This document shows positions 10,623-21,153 of a stretch of 64,000 nt of DNA, in pieces. The notes beneath the pieces are model-generated. The model was not told the origin of the DNA and did no database searches. It was given only the letters and a program-made list of their open reading frames with translations. Source of the DNA: a virus (lineage: Duplodnaviria; Caudoviricetes). How positions within the stretch are numbered: position 1 is the first letter of the stretch; each line of letters opens with the position of its first letter. The position numbers were made by a program, and so were the translations under genes. Where the stretch lies: IMG/VR virus record IMGVR_UViG_3300021426_000067. One strand, 5' to 3'.

Positions 10623-10851
10623 AATTTTATTTTTCCTTTCTTATTGTAATTATATTATACAAAAAATTTTTTAAGTTTTCAAGTAGCGGCGGTGGGGTAC
10701 CTAATTTTGGGAATCTGGCGGAAAGCGGCATATGTAGCCAAGGTTCTGGAAAAAAGTCGCATATGGTCGAGGTTCTGGGAAGCGGCCTTGAGACCTGCGG
10801 CCTCGGGCCGAAATTATACCACAGGCCGCAAGTGTTTGTCAAGGGGGTTTT

Positions 10852-11214
10852 TCAATAATAATTATAAATTCCTAATTCTTCTAAGACTTTATAACATGTA
10901 TCTCTACAAAAAATAGAAAAATCATCATTGTTAAACCAATTATAAATCTGATAGAGAGCATATTTTCGAGGGTCACCATCTATAATAAAAGCTGGATATT
11001 TCTCATTATTTATGGCTTCCTGAATACATTCCCACATCCATTCATTTGCATCATCATCAGAAAGTAATTTTACTTCTTCTAACCATTTGTCTGTTCCCAT
11101 CTTTCCCATTTTATAATAACTGGAAAGCTCTTCTTTTATTGCTTTTATTAAATTGTCAACATCAATTTCAACATCATATTCAATAATTTGTTCAAAATGA
11201 TACATATCAATCAC
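10852..11214 (-). CDS. acidic hypothetical protein (paralog family A)
   Basis: shares IEYDVEID/FIIDGD with 12031-12351 and EAINNEKYP with 11218-11553. Confidence 0.6.
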   Translation of the reverse strand: MIDMYHFEQIIEYDVEIDVDNLIKAIKEELSSYYKMGKMGTDKWLEEVKLLSDDDANEWMWECIQEAINNEKYPAFIIDGDPRKYALYQIYNWFNNDDFSIFCRDTCYKVLEELGIYNYY

Positions 11215-11217
11215 CTC

Positions 11218-11553
11218 TTAATATAAAAGACCTAAATCCTTTGCGACTTCTTTCGCTTTCTCCCAGCAGAAATCATAATACTTATAAGGAAATTCATCCT
11301 CAATTTCCCCGATTGTATAAGGAACTCTGCAGACATAACCCCACGGATAAACATTGAATATGGGATACTCTTCATCGTTAATAGCTTCGCTGAAAATACT
11401 CCATAATCTATCTTCCAACCAAGGAGTATCTCCCCATCTTTCTTTTTCTTTTTCCCATGTTACTTCCGCTCTTTTCCAAGCCTTTTCAAGATTATCCTCA
11501 TTAATAATCAAGTCCCATGTTCTTACATTAGAACTAAACTGAAATGTTCTCAT
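11218..11553 (-). CDS. acidic hypothetical protein (paralog family A)
   Basis: EAINDEEYP motif; start MRTFQF. Confidence 0.55.
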   Translation of the reverse strand: MRTFQFSSNVRTWDLIINEDNLEKAWKRAEVTWEKEKERWGDTPWLEDRLWSIFSEAINDEEYPIFNVYPWGYVCRVPYTIGEIEDEFPYKYYDFCWEKAKEVAKDLGLLY

Positions 11554-11554
11554 T

Positions 11555-11806
11555 TTACACCATCCTTTTTGATTCATATCTTTTAAGTGTTTTTCCAAAG
11601 TATTCACAGATGTCTGCCCACTCTTCATCATCTTCCGCGATGTCCAGAAAGTCATCTTCTGTAGGCGCATCGGGGATAGCTACCATGAGCCAACTCATGT
11701 GAGCGGATTCATCATAAATATGTTCAAGGACATATTTGTTCATCTGTTTGAGCATTTCTACTCTTAAAGCGATTTTCTTTTCTCTTTCTTTTCTTACATC
11801 AAACAT
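11555..11806 (-). CDS. acidic hypothetical protein
   Basis: 83 aa, own promoter near 11855-11881. Confidence 0.6.
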   Translation of the reverse strand: MFDVRKEREKKIALRVEMLKQMNKYVLEHIYDESAHMSWLMVAIPDAPTEDDFLDIAEDDEEWADICEYFGKTLKRYESKRMV

Positions 11807-12030
11807 TTTTCTGTTTCCTTTCTTTTGTTTGTTTTCCTTACCTTGTAAATATAGTATAATATATTTTTTTTAAAATGTCAATAAAAAATGTTGCACAAAT
11901 TGCGGGAAATTTATTAATTAAAGTTTGTGCGGTTTTCCTATTGACAAAAATGCGGCAGGTATGATATAATGAAAACTCGGACAGGTGACCCAGGAAAGCG
12001 GTCCGAAATTTTCTTCCAGACCGCCTAACA

Positions 12031-12351
12031 TCAGGGGAGCAGACCCCAGCTTCTAAGATATTCTGCAACTGCATTTTCGCATTTGTCTGCTACTTTAGTT
12101 CCATAATAACCATCAACTTCACGAATATCCCATCTATCTCCATCAATCAGAAAATAATCGGTTTTCGCACCATAATAAGGATAATAAAGAGTATCACCAA
12201 AATTATCTTCAAGGATTTCGTCAGTTTCCTTTTCATTCGGCCAGTTATCATCAGCTGTATATCTTGCGATAATTTTTTTCCATGTAGTGATTACTGCCTC
12301 AGTATCAATTTCAATATCATGTTCAATAACTTCTCTGTAATGGATTTTCAT
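12031..12351 (-). CDS. acidic hypothetical protein (paralog family A)
   Basis: HYREVIEHDIEID, FLIDGD. Confidence 0.6.
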   Translation of the reverse strand: MKIHYREVIEHDIEIDTEAVITTWKKIIARYTADDNWPNEKETDEILEDNFGDTLYYPYYGAKTDYFLIDGDRWDIREVDGYYGTKVADKCENAVAEYLRSWGLLP

Positions 12352-12552
12352 TGTTTACCCCCTTATAAAGCATAAGTTTCAATCTTACCAGCATCACAAT
12401 ATTTATCAACTACCACAGGGTCACTGATATCTAATTCATCATATCCCTCATCTGAAAGCATCCTTTTGGCTTCCTCTAAATTGTGGGCATAGCAACCCCA
12501 TGTCCATGTTCCCGAAAATTCAAAATAGCACTCTTTCATTTTTCACACCTCT

Positions 12553-12810
12553 TTAATACCTAAACTCACCGATAACTGCCACACCGCAAAAGTCCTCTTC
12601 ATCAGGGTCATCAGGATTATTATAGAACAGCATTTCCCATTCTACTTCATCCCATGTCATCGCCCTAAAGTTATCAAGGTCGATGAACAACTTATTTCCC
12701 CGACCATCCTCAGTTAAGATGAACGGTCTCAGAGAGTGATTGAAATGGAACATTACAGGCGGAAAGTAGTTGGTCTTAACAGTGATAATCTTTTCATTCA
12801 ATTCATTCAT
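12553..12810 (-). CDS. hypothetical protein
   Basis: GAGGTG RBS before MNELNEK. Confidence 0.55.
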   Translation of the reverse strand: MNELNEKIITVKTNYFPPVMFHFNHSLRPFILTEDGRGNKLFIDLDNFRAMTWDEVEWEMLFYNNPDDPDEEDFCGVAVIGEFRY

Positions 12811-13279
12811 GTTGCACCTCTTTCTTAGTGGTTGCTTTCCTCTTGACAATTATTATTATAGCAGACAGGTATGATTTTGTCAATAGTTAATATTCAAAAT
12901 TTTCTAACCATTCTCTAAATTTTTTAAGAGGATATAAATTTTTCCAAAAAACCCTTTTTACTCTATGAGGTGAACATTGTAAGGAAGTTGCAATTGAATA
13001 AAATATATCATAATCTTCCCAATACCTAAAATATTCACGCTGAGAAATGAATAAATAAATATAGGCTTCAATTTGTTTTTCTAACACTATTTTCTTTTGT
13101 TTTGTCATTCTTTTTTCCTCCTGACAATTATTATTATAGCAAATTATAGGAAAAATACAAGAGGGAATATTACACAAAATAGCGGCGGAAAATTTGTTGA
13201 TCTTGCACATTGACAAAATGGCGGTGCGTAGTGGAAGATTACGCACCGCTACCTTAAAAAAGATAGTGGTGCTTTTTGG

Positions 13280-13480
13280 TTACTCGAAAGGACGCCAATT
13301 AGTAGGCTCAGGCGGAGGCGTCAATTCCCAATTACAAGGAGCATCAAAAATATTAGGATTATTAACAAGACATTTATCTGCATAATCAGAGTAAAAAGGG
13401 CAACCAGAACAATCTTTTTGATTTTCGCAGATACGACGAATTAAATCCAATGCTGAATAAATATCTTTTTCAGTAAACAT
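13280..13480 (-). CDS. Cys-rich small protein
   Basis: CENQKDCSGCPF..C..PCNW; similar to 13491-13688. Confidence 0.55.
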   Translation of the reverse strand: MFTEKDIYSALDLIRRICENQKDCSGCPFYSDYADKCLVNNPNIFDAPCNWELTPPPEPTNWRPFE

Positions 13481-13490
13481 TTTTTCTCCT

Positions 13491-13688
13491 TTACCATTTA
13501 AATGCTTTCCAAGGCTCAAAATTAAATTCCCAATCTCTGGGGATTTTTTTAATAGCACATGTTACATATCCCTGTGCATCTTTCTTTCCTCGAAGAGGAC
13601 ATTCACTGCAACAACGATGCTCTTCACAAGTTTCCTGTAAAGTTACAAGAGCCTGCATGATTTTTTCTCTATCCATTTTTACCACCAC
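13491..13688 (-). CDS. Cys-rich small protein
   Basis: CEEHRCCSECPL..C..PRDW. Confidence 0.55.
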   Translation of the reverse strand: MVVKMDREKIMQALVTLQETCEEHRCCSECPLRGKKDAQGYVTCAIKKIPRDWEFNFEPWKAFKW

Positions 13689-13924
13689 CCTTCAAAAATT
13701 TCAATACCAAATTGCGCTAATTCATAGTTGTGAAAAGGTAATATCATCTTACTTGCACATTCCCAAATCCACGCAGGAATTTGATTCTCTCTATCAATAA
13801 AATCACAAGTCTTAAAGTCTGAGAAAAGAAACACGCTGTCAGGATGTTTAGTAGATGCGCCCCAACACTCTAATACAGTTTCATGGTCACTAATTCTGGA
13901 ATAAAGTTTATACATTTTTATCAC
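13679..13924 (-). CDS. hypothetical protein
   Basis: 81 aa in operon-like cluster. Confidence 0.5.
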   Translation of the reverse strand: MIKMYKLYSRISDHETVLECWGASTKHPDSVFLFSDFKTCDFIDRENQIPAWIWECASKMILPFHNYELAQFGIEIFEGWW

Positions 13925-14109
13925 CCCTCTTTTACAGGTTCCATACTAATCTTCCAAAGTTTTTCGTTACCAAACATTGAAGGTTTCATAAGAATCTCTA
14001 CTGTTTTCACTGCTTCTGAAAGGTCAAAAGGGTCAGAGACTAAGATTTCTCTTTCAGTATAACTGTCCTTTAAATCAAGTCGCTCTCTTAAACATACTTT
14101 CCATTTCAT
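13921..14109 (-). CDS. hypothetical protein
   Basis: GAGAGGAG RBS, promoter near 14143-14171. Confidence 0.55.
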   Translation of the reverse strand: MKWKVCLRERLDLKDSYTEREILVSDPFDLSEAVKTVEILMKPSMFGNEKLWKISMEPVKEG

Positions 14110-14347
14110 TTTTATTTATTCTCCTCTCTTGTTGTTAAATAAATTATAATATAAATTTTGGGAAAAATCAATAGGGGAATATTGCACAAGAAATTCATTT
14201 AAAAATTGTGCAATCTGTATATTGACAAAATGACGGGCTGGCGACCTTAGAAGGCGGCCCGTCCAGGCGGTTTTAGTAAAAATAATGAAAAAATGAGCCA
14301 ATTTTTGTTATTTTTTAACAAAAATTGGCTCAAAACAGGAGAAAATG

Positions 14348-14752
14348 TCAGTTTTCTTTAGTTTTTTTAGTTCTCTGTTTGATTAAATCGAGTTTGTAGT
14401 GATTTTCACCGACATTAAACTCAATAATCTTGGATTTATTAGTGATTTCAGCAGGATAGCCAGCATTTGTCAGACAATTTGCCAACATTTCAATCAATTT
14501 TTCCTTTTCTACATCAGGTTTGCGCTCACGAACCACCTTTTTTCTGGGGGCATCTGCTTTAGCTTCACGATTGATTTTATTGACTTTTGCCTTTTTTGTG
14601 AGTTCCTCTACCTCTTCATTGGTCTGAAAGTCATTATCTTCAAGCCACATCTGGACAGCTTCCTCACGGGTAATGTCAAGCAGTTTCATGTTGTTTTCGA
14701 TTTCCGCATCAGGGATACGGACAACTTTACCATTTTCAAGTGTGTAATTCAT
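14348..14752 (-). CDS. hypothetical phage protein
   Basis: 134 aa, GAGAGGAG RBS, own promoter. Confidence 0.65.
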   Translation of the reverse strand: MNYTLENGKVVRIPDAEIENNMKLLDITREEAVQMWLEDNDFQTNEEVEELTKKAKVNKINREAKADAPRKKVVRERKPDVEKEKLIEMLANCLTNAGYPAEITNKSKIIEFNVGENHYKLDLIKQRTKKTKEN

Positions 14753-14858
14753 TTTGATTTCTCCTCTCTCATTTGATAAGTCTATTATATACTATCCGTA
14801 TCCCCTTGTCAAGTCTTTTTATCGGGTCGGGGATAATTTTTTATCCCCGACCCTTACC

Positions 14859-15215
14859 TCAAGCGATAGCGAAATAAGGGGTCTGCTTAACCTTAGTTCT
14901 AACAACCTTTTTTGCGCTAACAAGGTCAGTCAGCAGGCGAGCAATCCGCTGGTTGCTCAGGTCTGCAAGAGCAGGAATACCATTCTGAATCTCCTTGATG
15001 TTCATAGGCTTATCCGCATCGGTCAGGAAAATCAGGATGTCATCCTTGAAACCAATGTTCTCAAGCTGTGTTGCAGTAGGCTTACGAGGAGTAGCACTCT
15101 TCTTGTCAAGCAGGTCAACCTGATGGTCAACGAACGCAACAAGGTCAGGATTGTCAATAACGATAGCACGAATCTCAGCAAAATACTCTCTTTTAGTCTT
15201 ATTCATAGTAAACAC
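14859..15215 (-). CDS. winged-helix-like DNA-binding protein (paralog B1)
   Basis: LSNQRIARLLTDLV..KKVVRT..KQTPYF; close paralog of 18203-18574. Confidence 0.6.
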   Translation of the reverse strand: MFTMNKTKREYFAEIRAIVIDNPDLVAFVDHQVDLLDKKSATPRKPTATQLENIGFKDDILIFLTDADKPMNIKEIQNGIPALADLSNQRIARLLTDLVSAKKVVRTKVKQTPYFAIA

Positions 15216-15551
15216 CTCTTTCTTTCTTAAAAATTAACTTTTTTTATCTTACATATTTATTATATCACATTTTTTTAAAACTGTCAACAGTTTTTTTTCT
15301 TTCGGTAAGATTTTTTGTTTCCACAGCTGATTGTTTCTTTCCCTTACCTTGTATACTTATTATAATAAAAATTTTTAAAAAAAGCAATATCGGAATATTG
15401 TACAAATTATGGGATCCGCAGGTTTTAAATTTTGTTGAAATTTCCTATTGACAAAAAGTGCAGGATATGGTATAATGAAAATTTCCCGCCGAGCCGATGG
15501 TCGGCGGGCCAGGGAATTACCCTAACCCGCCAAATTTGTCAAGGGGATTTT

Positions 15552-15974
15552 TTAAAAAACATAAATTCTGTTATCTTCGTATTCAGCGTAGAAATACATG
15601 TTGTTATCTTCTTCCCATGTAATCGTTCCGCAGGAACTCAAAGTATCGTCAAAGCATTTCCCGGCTTTTGCTCTTTCTAAAATGCCAGCAGGAACAGCGT
15701 CTCTTCTGGTTAAATTAGGAAATCTTAAAATAATATTGTTTTTCTGATCGAGGTCAACATACCCAAGAACCATGCCGGATTCTACAGCTTCATCATATTC
15801 TTTTACGCACTCAAAAGAATTATCTCTTTTAAGCTCCCACACTTCGAACTGATAATCAATGTCATGGGTTCGGTAATAGGCTAACCAATCGTTAGTCATA
15901 GTAATGGGGGTGCGGTCAGCATCGCATTCCCACTGGTCATCTAATACATCGCATTTCATAATTAAATATCTCAT
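15552..15974 (-). CDS. hypothetical acidic protein
   Basis: 140 aa, GAGGT RBS. Confidence 0.6.
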   Translation of the reverse strand: MRYLIMKCDVLDDQWECDADRTPITMTNDWLAYYRTHDIDYQFEVWELKRDNSFECVKEYDEAVESGMVLGYVDLDQKNNIILRFPNLTRRDAVPAGILERAKAGKCFDDTLSSCGTITWEEDNNMYFYAEYEDNRIYVF

Positions 15975-16007
15975 TTTATTTACCTCTTTTCAATGGGCGG
16001 TGGTTCT

Positions 16008-16718
16008 TTACAGAGCCACCTTGTTCTGATAAGCGTGAAAAGCAGGCTGAGGGATTTTCCACGGCATGTGAACAATTGTTCTGGTCATTTTCTGGTGAGT
16101 GGCGATACACTTGACGAAAATATGAACCTCAATGATTGCATCTTCAAGAGCCGTATGGGATTCAATAAAATCCATGTTCTTAACAAGATGACGATATGCA
16201 ACCTCGGCGGATGTTCGGCAGTTGCCACATTCAGACCGCCAATCGTTCTCAACCGCATCCTTGAAGAAAGAACGTCTGTTCAGAACTGTCTGACAAGCCA
16301 TATGCCATGTATCCCATACAACCGCATCTTCAGGAAAGAATGTCTGTTCTTTATCAAACTGGGTCAGATGCTTTAATGTGCTATTCAGTGCGTTTACATC
16401 AAATTTTGCATTGTAGGCGATAATTGCCTTGACTTTATACTGTCTCATAAGGTCGAGCATTTCGTTGCGGATTTTCCAAAAACTGGAAACAACGAACATA
16501 TTGTCTTTAATGCCCTGCCGATAAAGCGGAATCTTATCAGCGTAATAAGCTGTTTTCATCTTCTTCCACTCGCCATAGAAGATTTCACGGACAACGTAGG
16601 AACGCTTCTCAAAAATGTTACCTGCATTATCATGGATGCAGTAGCCGATGTCATATACAAGCGGATTACCAAAGCCACCGCAAGTTTCAGTATCAAGGGT
16701 TAAGTAAGTGAATTTCAT
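16008..16718 (-). CDS. DEDDh (DnaQ-like) 3'-5' exonuclease
   Basis: LDTET, AYNAKFD, HTALED motifs. Confidence 0.85.
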   Translation of the reverse strand: MKFTYLTLDTETCGGFGNPLVYDIGYCIHDNAGNIFEKRSYVVREIFYGEWKKMKTAYYADKIPLYRQGIKDNMFVVSSFWKIRNEMLDLMRQYKVKAIIAYNAKFDVNALNSTLKHLTQFDKEQTFFPEDAVVWDTWHMACQTVLNRRSFFKDAVENDWRSECGNCRTSAEVAYRHLVKNMDFIESHTALEDAIIEVHIFVKCIATHQKMTRTIVHMPWKIPQPAFHAYQNKVAL

Positions 16719-17031
16719 GTTGCTTTTGTTCTCCTCTCTTTATCTTATGTACTTATTATATACTATGTTCAGCACTTTGTCAAGCACTTTTTTAAGATTT
16801 TTTTGGTGTGTCAGGTGGGCTTGCCCTCCTGACAATTATTATTATAAGGGATAGGGAATAAGAAGTCAACAGGTAGATCTGCACAAATTATGGGAAATTA
16901 GGGGTTTGATTTTTGTTCAAATTGTCTATTGACAAAAAGCCGAGCGGTGTGGTATAATGATTTTCCGGCACATGAGGAGCGTGTGCCGGGCGATGAGTTT
17001 GCACCCACCGCCCATTTTGTCAAGAATTATT

Positions 17032-17244
17032 TTACATATTTTCAGGTTTTGTTACATTGGGGTCATCCCAAATAGTGCCGTCTACGATCTGTGTGTAGGT
17101 TCTCACTTCTTTAGCTCCCACTCGATAAATCATAGCATAAACAGTAGGGGCATAAATATGAGTATGTTCAATCAATTTAATGATTAACATATTTTTAATA
17201 TCATTTTTGAAGTCGTGAATAGCATCGAAAATAGTATAATCCAT
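17032..17244 (-). CDS. hypothetical protein
   Basis: 70 aa, GGGG RBS. Confidence 0.45.
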   Translation of the reverse strand: MDYTIFDAIHDFKNDIKNMLIIKLIEHTHIYAPTVYAMIYRVGAKEVRTYTQIVDGTIWDDPNVTKPENM

Positions 17245-17396
17245 TTTTATTCCCCCTTTACAAACATAACAATATTATAGGCTAAAAACCCGAACACGCC
17301 TACAAGGACAATAGGTGGTAATACTGCAGTAGAAAATGTTACAAAACTCATTTTAGTTTCTCCTCTCTTGTTTTCTTTTAATATAATAATTATACC

Positions 17397-17801
17397 TTAT
17401 TTTGTATTGATTGTCAAGCCTTTTTCTTTTAAATATTGAATAGCTTTATTCGCATCATGCCATTTTAAAACTTCGGCAATAGACATATTTCTTTTTCTTG
17501 TAGACGACTTAATGGTAACGTTAAGAGGCGCTTTCCATTCTTTAATATCCCATGTATTGCGATTAAAAAGAGAACAATTATACCATGAAATCACTCTTCC
17601 CTTTTTATTGCTACGGTAAATACTAAAAGGTAACATCATTCCGCAAGTAGGATAGACAAAATCTAAATTTTCCCAATCAAGGTCGGTGCTACAGTTTAAG
17701 TCTGGAGCGCTATCTTCATCAATTAAAATTGCTGTACTATCACCACCCATAAATTTATCATTGTGATAAGTTTCGAAAGATAAAGTGTAAAATTCTAACA
17801 T
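17397..17801 (-). CDS. hypothetical protein
   Basis: AGGAG RBS before MLEFYTL. Confidence 0.55.
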   Translation of the reverse strand: MLEFYTLSFETYHNDKFMGGDSTAILIDEDSAPDLNCSTDLDWENLDFVYPTCGMMLPFSIYRSNKKGRVISWYNCSLFNRNTWDIKEWKAPLNVTIKSSTRKRNMSIAEVLKWHDANKAIQYLKEKGLTINTK

Positions 17802-18048
17802 TTTTTTATTCTCCTTTCTTGACAATATTATAATATCATATCTCTAAAAGAAAAACAATGTACAAATTGCACAAAATTGCGGGAAGATCATTATTAAAAA
17901 TTATTTTCAAAAATCTCTTGACAAAAAGTGCGGGGTGTAGTATAATGGAATTGGCGTCCTGGTGCTGCAAGTAAGCGGGACGCCAAATAAAAAAAAAGGG
18001 GGGCGGTTTTAAACCGCCCCAGAGAAAGGGAACAAAAAAGGAGGAAAA

Positions 18049-18122
18049 CGACCATGATGGGACTTGAACCCACAATCTTTTGGGAGACAACCAACTGCTT
18101 TCGCCAATTAAGCTACACGGCC
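18049..18122 (-). tRNA. tRNA-Asp(GTC), degenerate
   Basis: GGCCGTG acceptor, TAGCTTAATTGGCGAAAGC D arm, TTGG-TTGTCTC-CCAA anticodon arm, GTGGG-TTCAAGT-CCCAT T arm, G73; no encoded CCA. Confidence 0.7.
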
Positions 18123-18202
18123 AGATAAAGGTGGCGGTTTTAAGGGTTGACCGCCAACCCATTTCAATATTCAGTTTTTAAGTAGTGAGGTACTCAGACC
18201 TC

Positions 18203-18574
18203 TCAGGCTTCAACGTCCTCTTCTGCGCCCAGAGCGTAGTGAGGGGTCTTGCCAACGTAAGTCCTTGCGACCTTTTTAGCTTTCCGCAGGTCAGCAAGCA
18301 GGCGAGCAATACGCTGATTGGTCAGACCCTCGAGGGCAGGAACCAGAGCGACCAGTTCCTTGATGTTGACAGGCTTGTCAGCGTCCGCCAGAGCAACAAG
18401 AATGTCGTTCTTGAAGCCGATGTTCTCAATCTGCGTAGCAGTAGGCTTCCGCTCTGCGGTCTTTTTCTTGTCAAGCAGGTCGACCTCATGGTCGACAAAG
18501 GCGACAAGGTCAGCGTTGTCGATAACCAGTTCACGGATTTCTGCGAAGTATTCTCTCTTAGTCTTGTTTGCCAT
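18203..18574 (-). CDS. winged-helix-like DNA-binding protein (paralog B2)
   Basis: KTKREYFAEIR..KPTATQIENIGFK..LTNQRIARLL. Confidence 0.6.
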   Translation of the reverse strand: MANKTKREYFAEIRELVIDNADLVAFVDHEVDLLDKKKTAERKPTATQIENIGFKNDILVALADADKPVNIKELVALVPALEGLTNQRIARLLADLRKAKKVARTYVGKTPHYALGAEEDVEA

Positions 18575-19012
18575 AATGTAACACCTCTTTCTTTCTTTTG
18601 ATTTGCTTTGTTTTCTTTACCTTACATATTTATTGTATCATATTTTTTTTAGGTTGTCAAGACTTTTTTTAACTTTTTTTTGAAGTTGTTTTTCTTGACT
18701 TCCTTTACCTTATGTATTTATTATATCATAAGGTTTTTTATTTGTCAAGGTTTTTTTTAGAATTTTTAAAAACTTTTTTTTGAAGTTTTTTCTTTCTTCC
18801 CTTACCTTGTATATTTATTATACTAAATTTTTTTAAAAGATGCAAGTCAAAATATCAGGTGAAAATTGGGAAAAATTTATGCAAGATCACGAGAAGAAAA
18901 TGCTTGACAAAAAAGGTGCGGATGTGGTATAATGGAATTTTCGCGCCTGCCCGATGGTTGGCGCGCCAGTACAAAAGGTGGTGAGATTATTATCTCACCA
19001 CCCCCTATATTA

Positions 19013-19528
19013 TCACATAGTAGCATCCCAAGCATAATCAATGACGCAGACCTTGCCACGGCGATAACCAACATTATTATAATGCAGGTCGTAGATGTTA
19101 TCATAGAGCCATTCAAGCTCATAATCCGTGCAGGTTCTCTGCCAGCACTTATCATCATCGCCGACCCCATTAACACGGGGCATTACAGTGCAGGTCAGCC
19201 CATTGATATAAAGCAGAGTAGGTCTTGCCAGAAGATATGCCATACCTGCTCTCTCCGCCATGTCATATACCTGCGCTTCTGTCTCGCAGTTGCCTGCTCT
19301 GCCATTCGCCCATTCGCGCTCTCTGTTCTTGTAATCAAATTTGATTACATAATCAGACCTGATAATGACAATCCGGCTGACCCCATTGGAGTACCTCAGC
19401 TTCCTTTTGTGACAGTCGTTATATGCCTTAATAACTTCCTTGAAATCGGACAGGTAGTAGCAATCTTCAAACAGCCTTGCCAGAATCTTTGCAAACTTGA
19501 TACCTCTTTCCTCATAAGTAGTTTTCAT
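19013..19528 (-). CDS. minimal protein-kinase-like fold protein
   Basis: GVSRIV, YVIKF, DLHYNNVG and VIDYA motifs. Confidence 0.6.
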   Translation of the reverse strand: MKTTYEERGIKFAKILARLFEDCYYLSDFKEVIKAYNDCHKRKLRYSNGVSRIVIIRSDYVIKFDYKNREREWANGRAGNCETEAQVYDMAERAGMAYLLARPTLLYINGLTCTVMPRVNGVGDDDKCWQRTCTDYELEWLYDNIYDLHYNNVGYRRGKVCVIDYAWDATM

Positions 19529-19764
19529 CTTTACACCTCTTTCTTTGTGCTTTGTTTCCCTTTTGATAATACAAGTATATCAAATGAATACTTATTTGTC
19601 AAATGAAATATTACATAAAATACAGGAAAAATAGTTGATATTTTTTGTTACATTTTCCCATTGACAAAAAGTGCGGCGCGTGGTATAATAGTGATGGCGC
19701 GCTGGTGACGCAAGAAAGCGGCGCGCCATTAAGACGCGCCTTAGAGAAAGGGGATAAAAGGGGA

Positions 19765-20283
19765 TTACCAATTTTTCTTAACGATGACAGGAGCATGACA
19801 GCAATTGCTGTGATACTGATGAATGTTCTGCAGGGTTTTGCTGTTACGAGTACGACCACCAAGGAAGTCTCCGCACTTTTCGCAGTACATGGTATACCGA
19901 TAAACAGCATCCATTTTAACGTCTGGCTTTCTTTCAAAGTTAAAGAATTGAGTACCATCATTAGTTGTGCCAATTTGAGCGCAATAGAACTTGAAAGTAG
20001 CATCGTGACCATGATTTTCTCTTGTTTTGTAAGTAGCTACATAGTGGGCACACTCGTGCATAATGACATTTTTAATACACTCATCAGTGCCAGTTTTCAG
20101 CATCATCTGGCTGAACTCCATTTTATAAGGACGCCAACCTGTGCGAGCTGTAGCTCGAATAAAGCATCTACCTAAAGTCTGTGTTAAAGCAGGATTGATA
20201 AGAACAGGAGCCTGAAATTCAACTCCGCATTTTGCACAATATTCAATACAAAGGGTCTTAATAATTTCAACAGTCCATTCCAT
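19765..20283 (-). CDS. SprT-like zinc metalloprotease
   Basis: HECAH (HExxH), HGHDATFK, C-terminal CEKC Zn ribbon. Confidence 0.8.
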   Translation of the reverse strand: MEWTVEIIKTLCIEYCAKCGVEFQAPVLINPALTQTLGRCFIRATARTGWRPYKMEFSQMMLKTGTDECIKNVIMHECAHYVATYKTRENHGHDATFKFYCAQIGTTNDGTQFFNFERKPDVKMDAVYRYTMYCEKCGDFLGGRTRNSKTLQNIHQYHSNCCHAPVIVKKNW

Positions 20284-20964
20284 GATTTTTACCTCTCTTT
20301 TGATTTGTTATTTCCTTTCTGTAATTATATATTAACATACCTTGTAAAGAATGTCAAATGAAATATTACACAAAATATGGGATCTTTAAAAGAAAAAGTT
20401 TATTCAAATTGTCTATTGATAAAAAGTGCGGGACATGATATAATGGTGAGAGCGGACTGGTGCGCCTGGCGGCGGTCCGAAAAAAGCTAACACCTTTTGA
20501 GTGTTAGCTTCCATTTTTATTCTATTTCATATTCCTCTATGTGATTCTGAGGACCATTCGGGTCTGCCCCACAATAATAATATTCATGTTCATTGAGGGT
20601 ATCTGTGACATAGGCGGCTTTTTCTCTTGAATCGTATACCCCCTTAATACGATCTTCTTTGCATACAATATATACTTTCATTTTTTTTAATTCTCCTCCA
20701 TTTCCATACGATGTAACTCTCTTTCAAAGAGAACCTGCATTATCAACCACATTTCAAGGCACATTATTCTACCCCCTTGTGATACTCAAGGATGCTCAGC
20801 AGAACATCCTCGGCGACACCTTCTTCAATCATTCTGGCGAACCTGATAACAGTGACATGCTCAAAACCGAACATGTAAATCATTTCAGTTAACATTTCTT
20901 CTTTTGTCATGATTTTTCTCCTCTCTTGATTATGTACTTATTATATCAGGTTCGCGCAGGTTTG

Positions 20965-21153
20965 TCAACCCTCAAATTCTACAATATCATCAATATCTAT
21001 TTCATCAATAGTGATATACGGATCATCCTCATTCCAATCGACTCCTAATTTCCCCATGTTCACAAACCACTTGATAAGGTTTGCATCTCGTTCAGTTACA
21101 GCCATTGTAAAATCCTCGACAGGGGTTTCTACTTTATAAATTCTTTTTTTCAT
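20965..21153 (-). CDS. small acidic hypothetical protein
   Basis: GAGAGGT RBS, own promoter. Confidence 0.55.
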   Translation of the reverse strand: MKKRIYKVETPVEDFTMAVTERDANLIKWFVNMGKLGVDWNEDDPYITIDEIDIDDIVEFEG

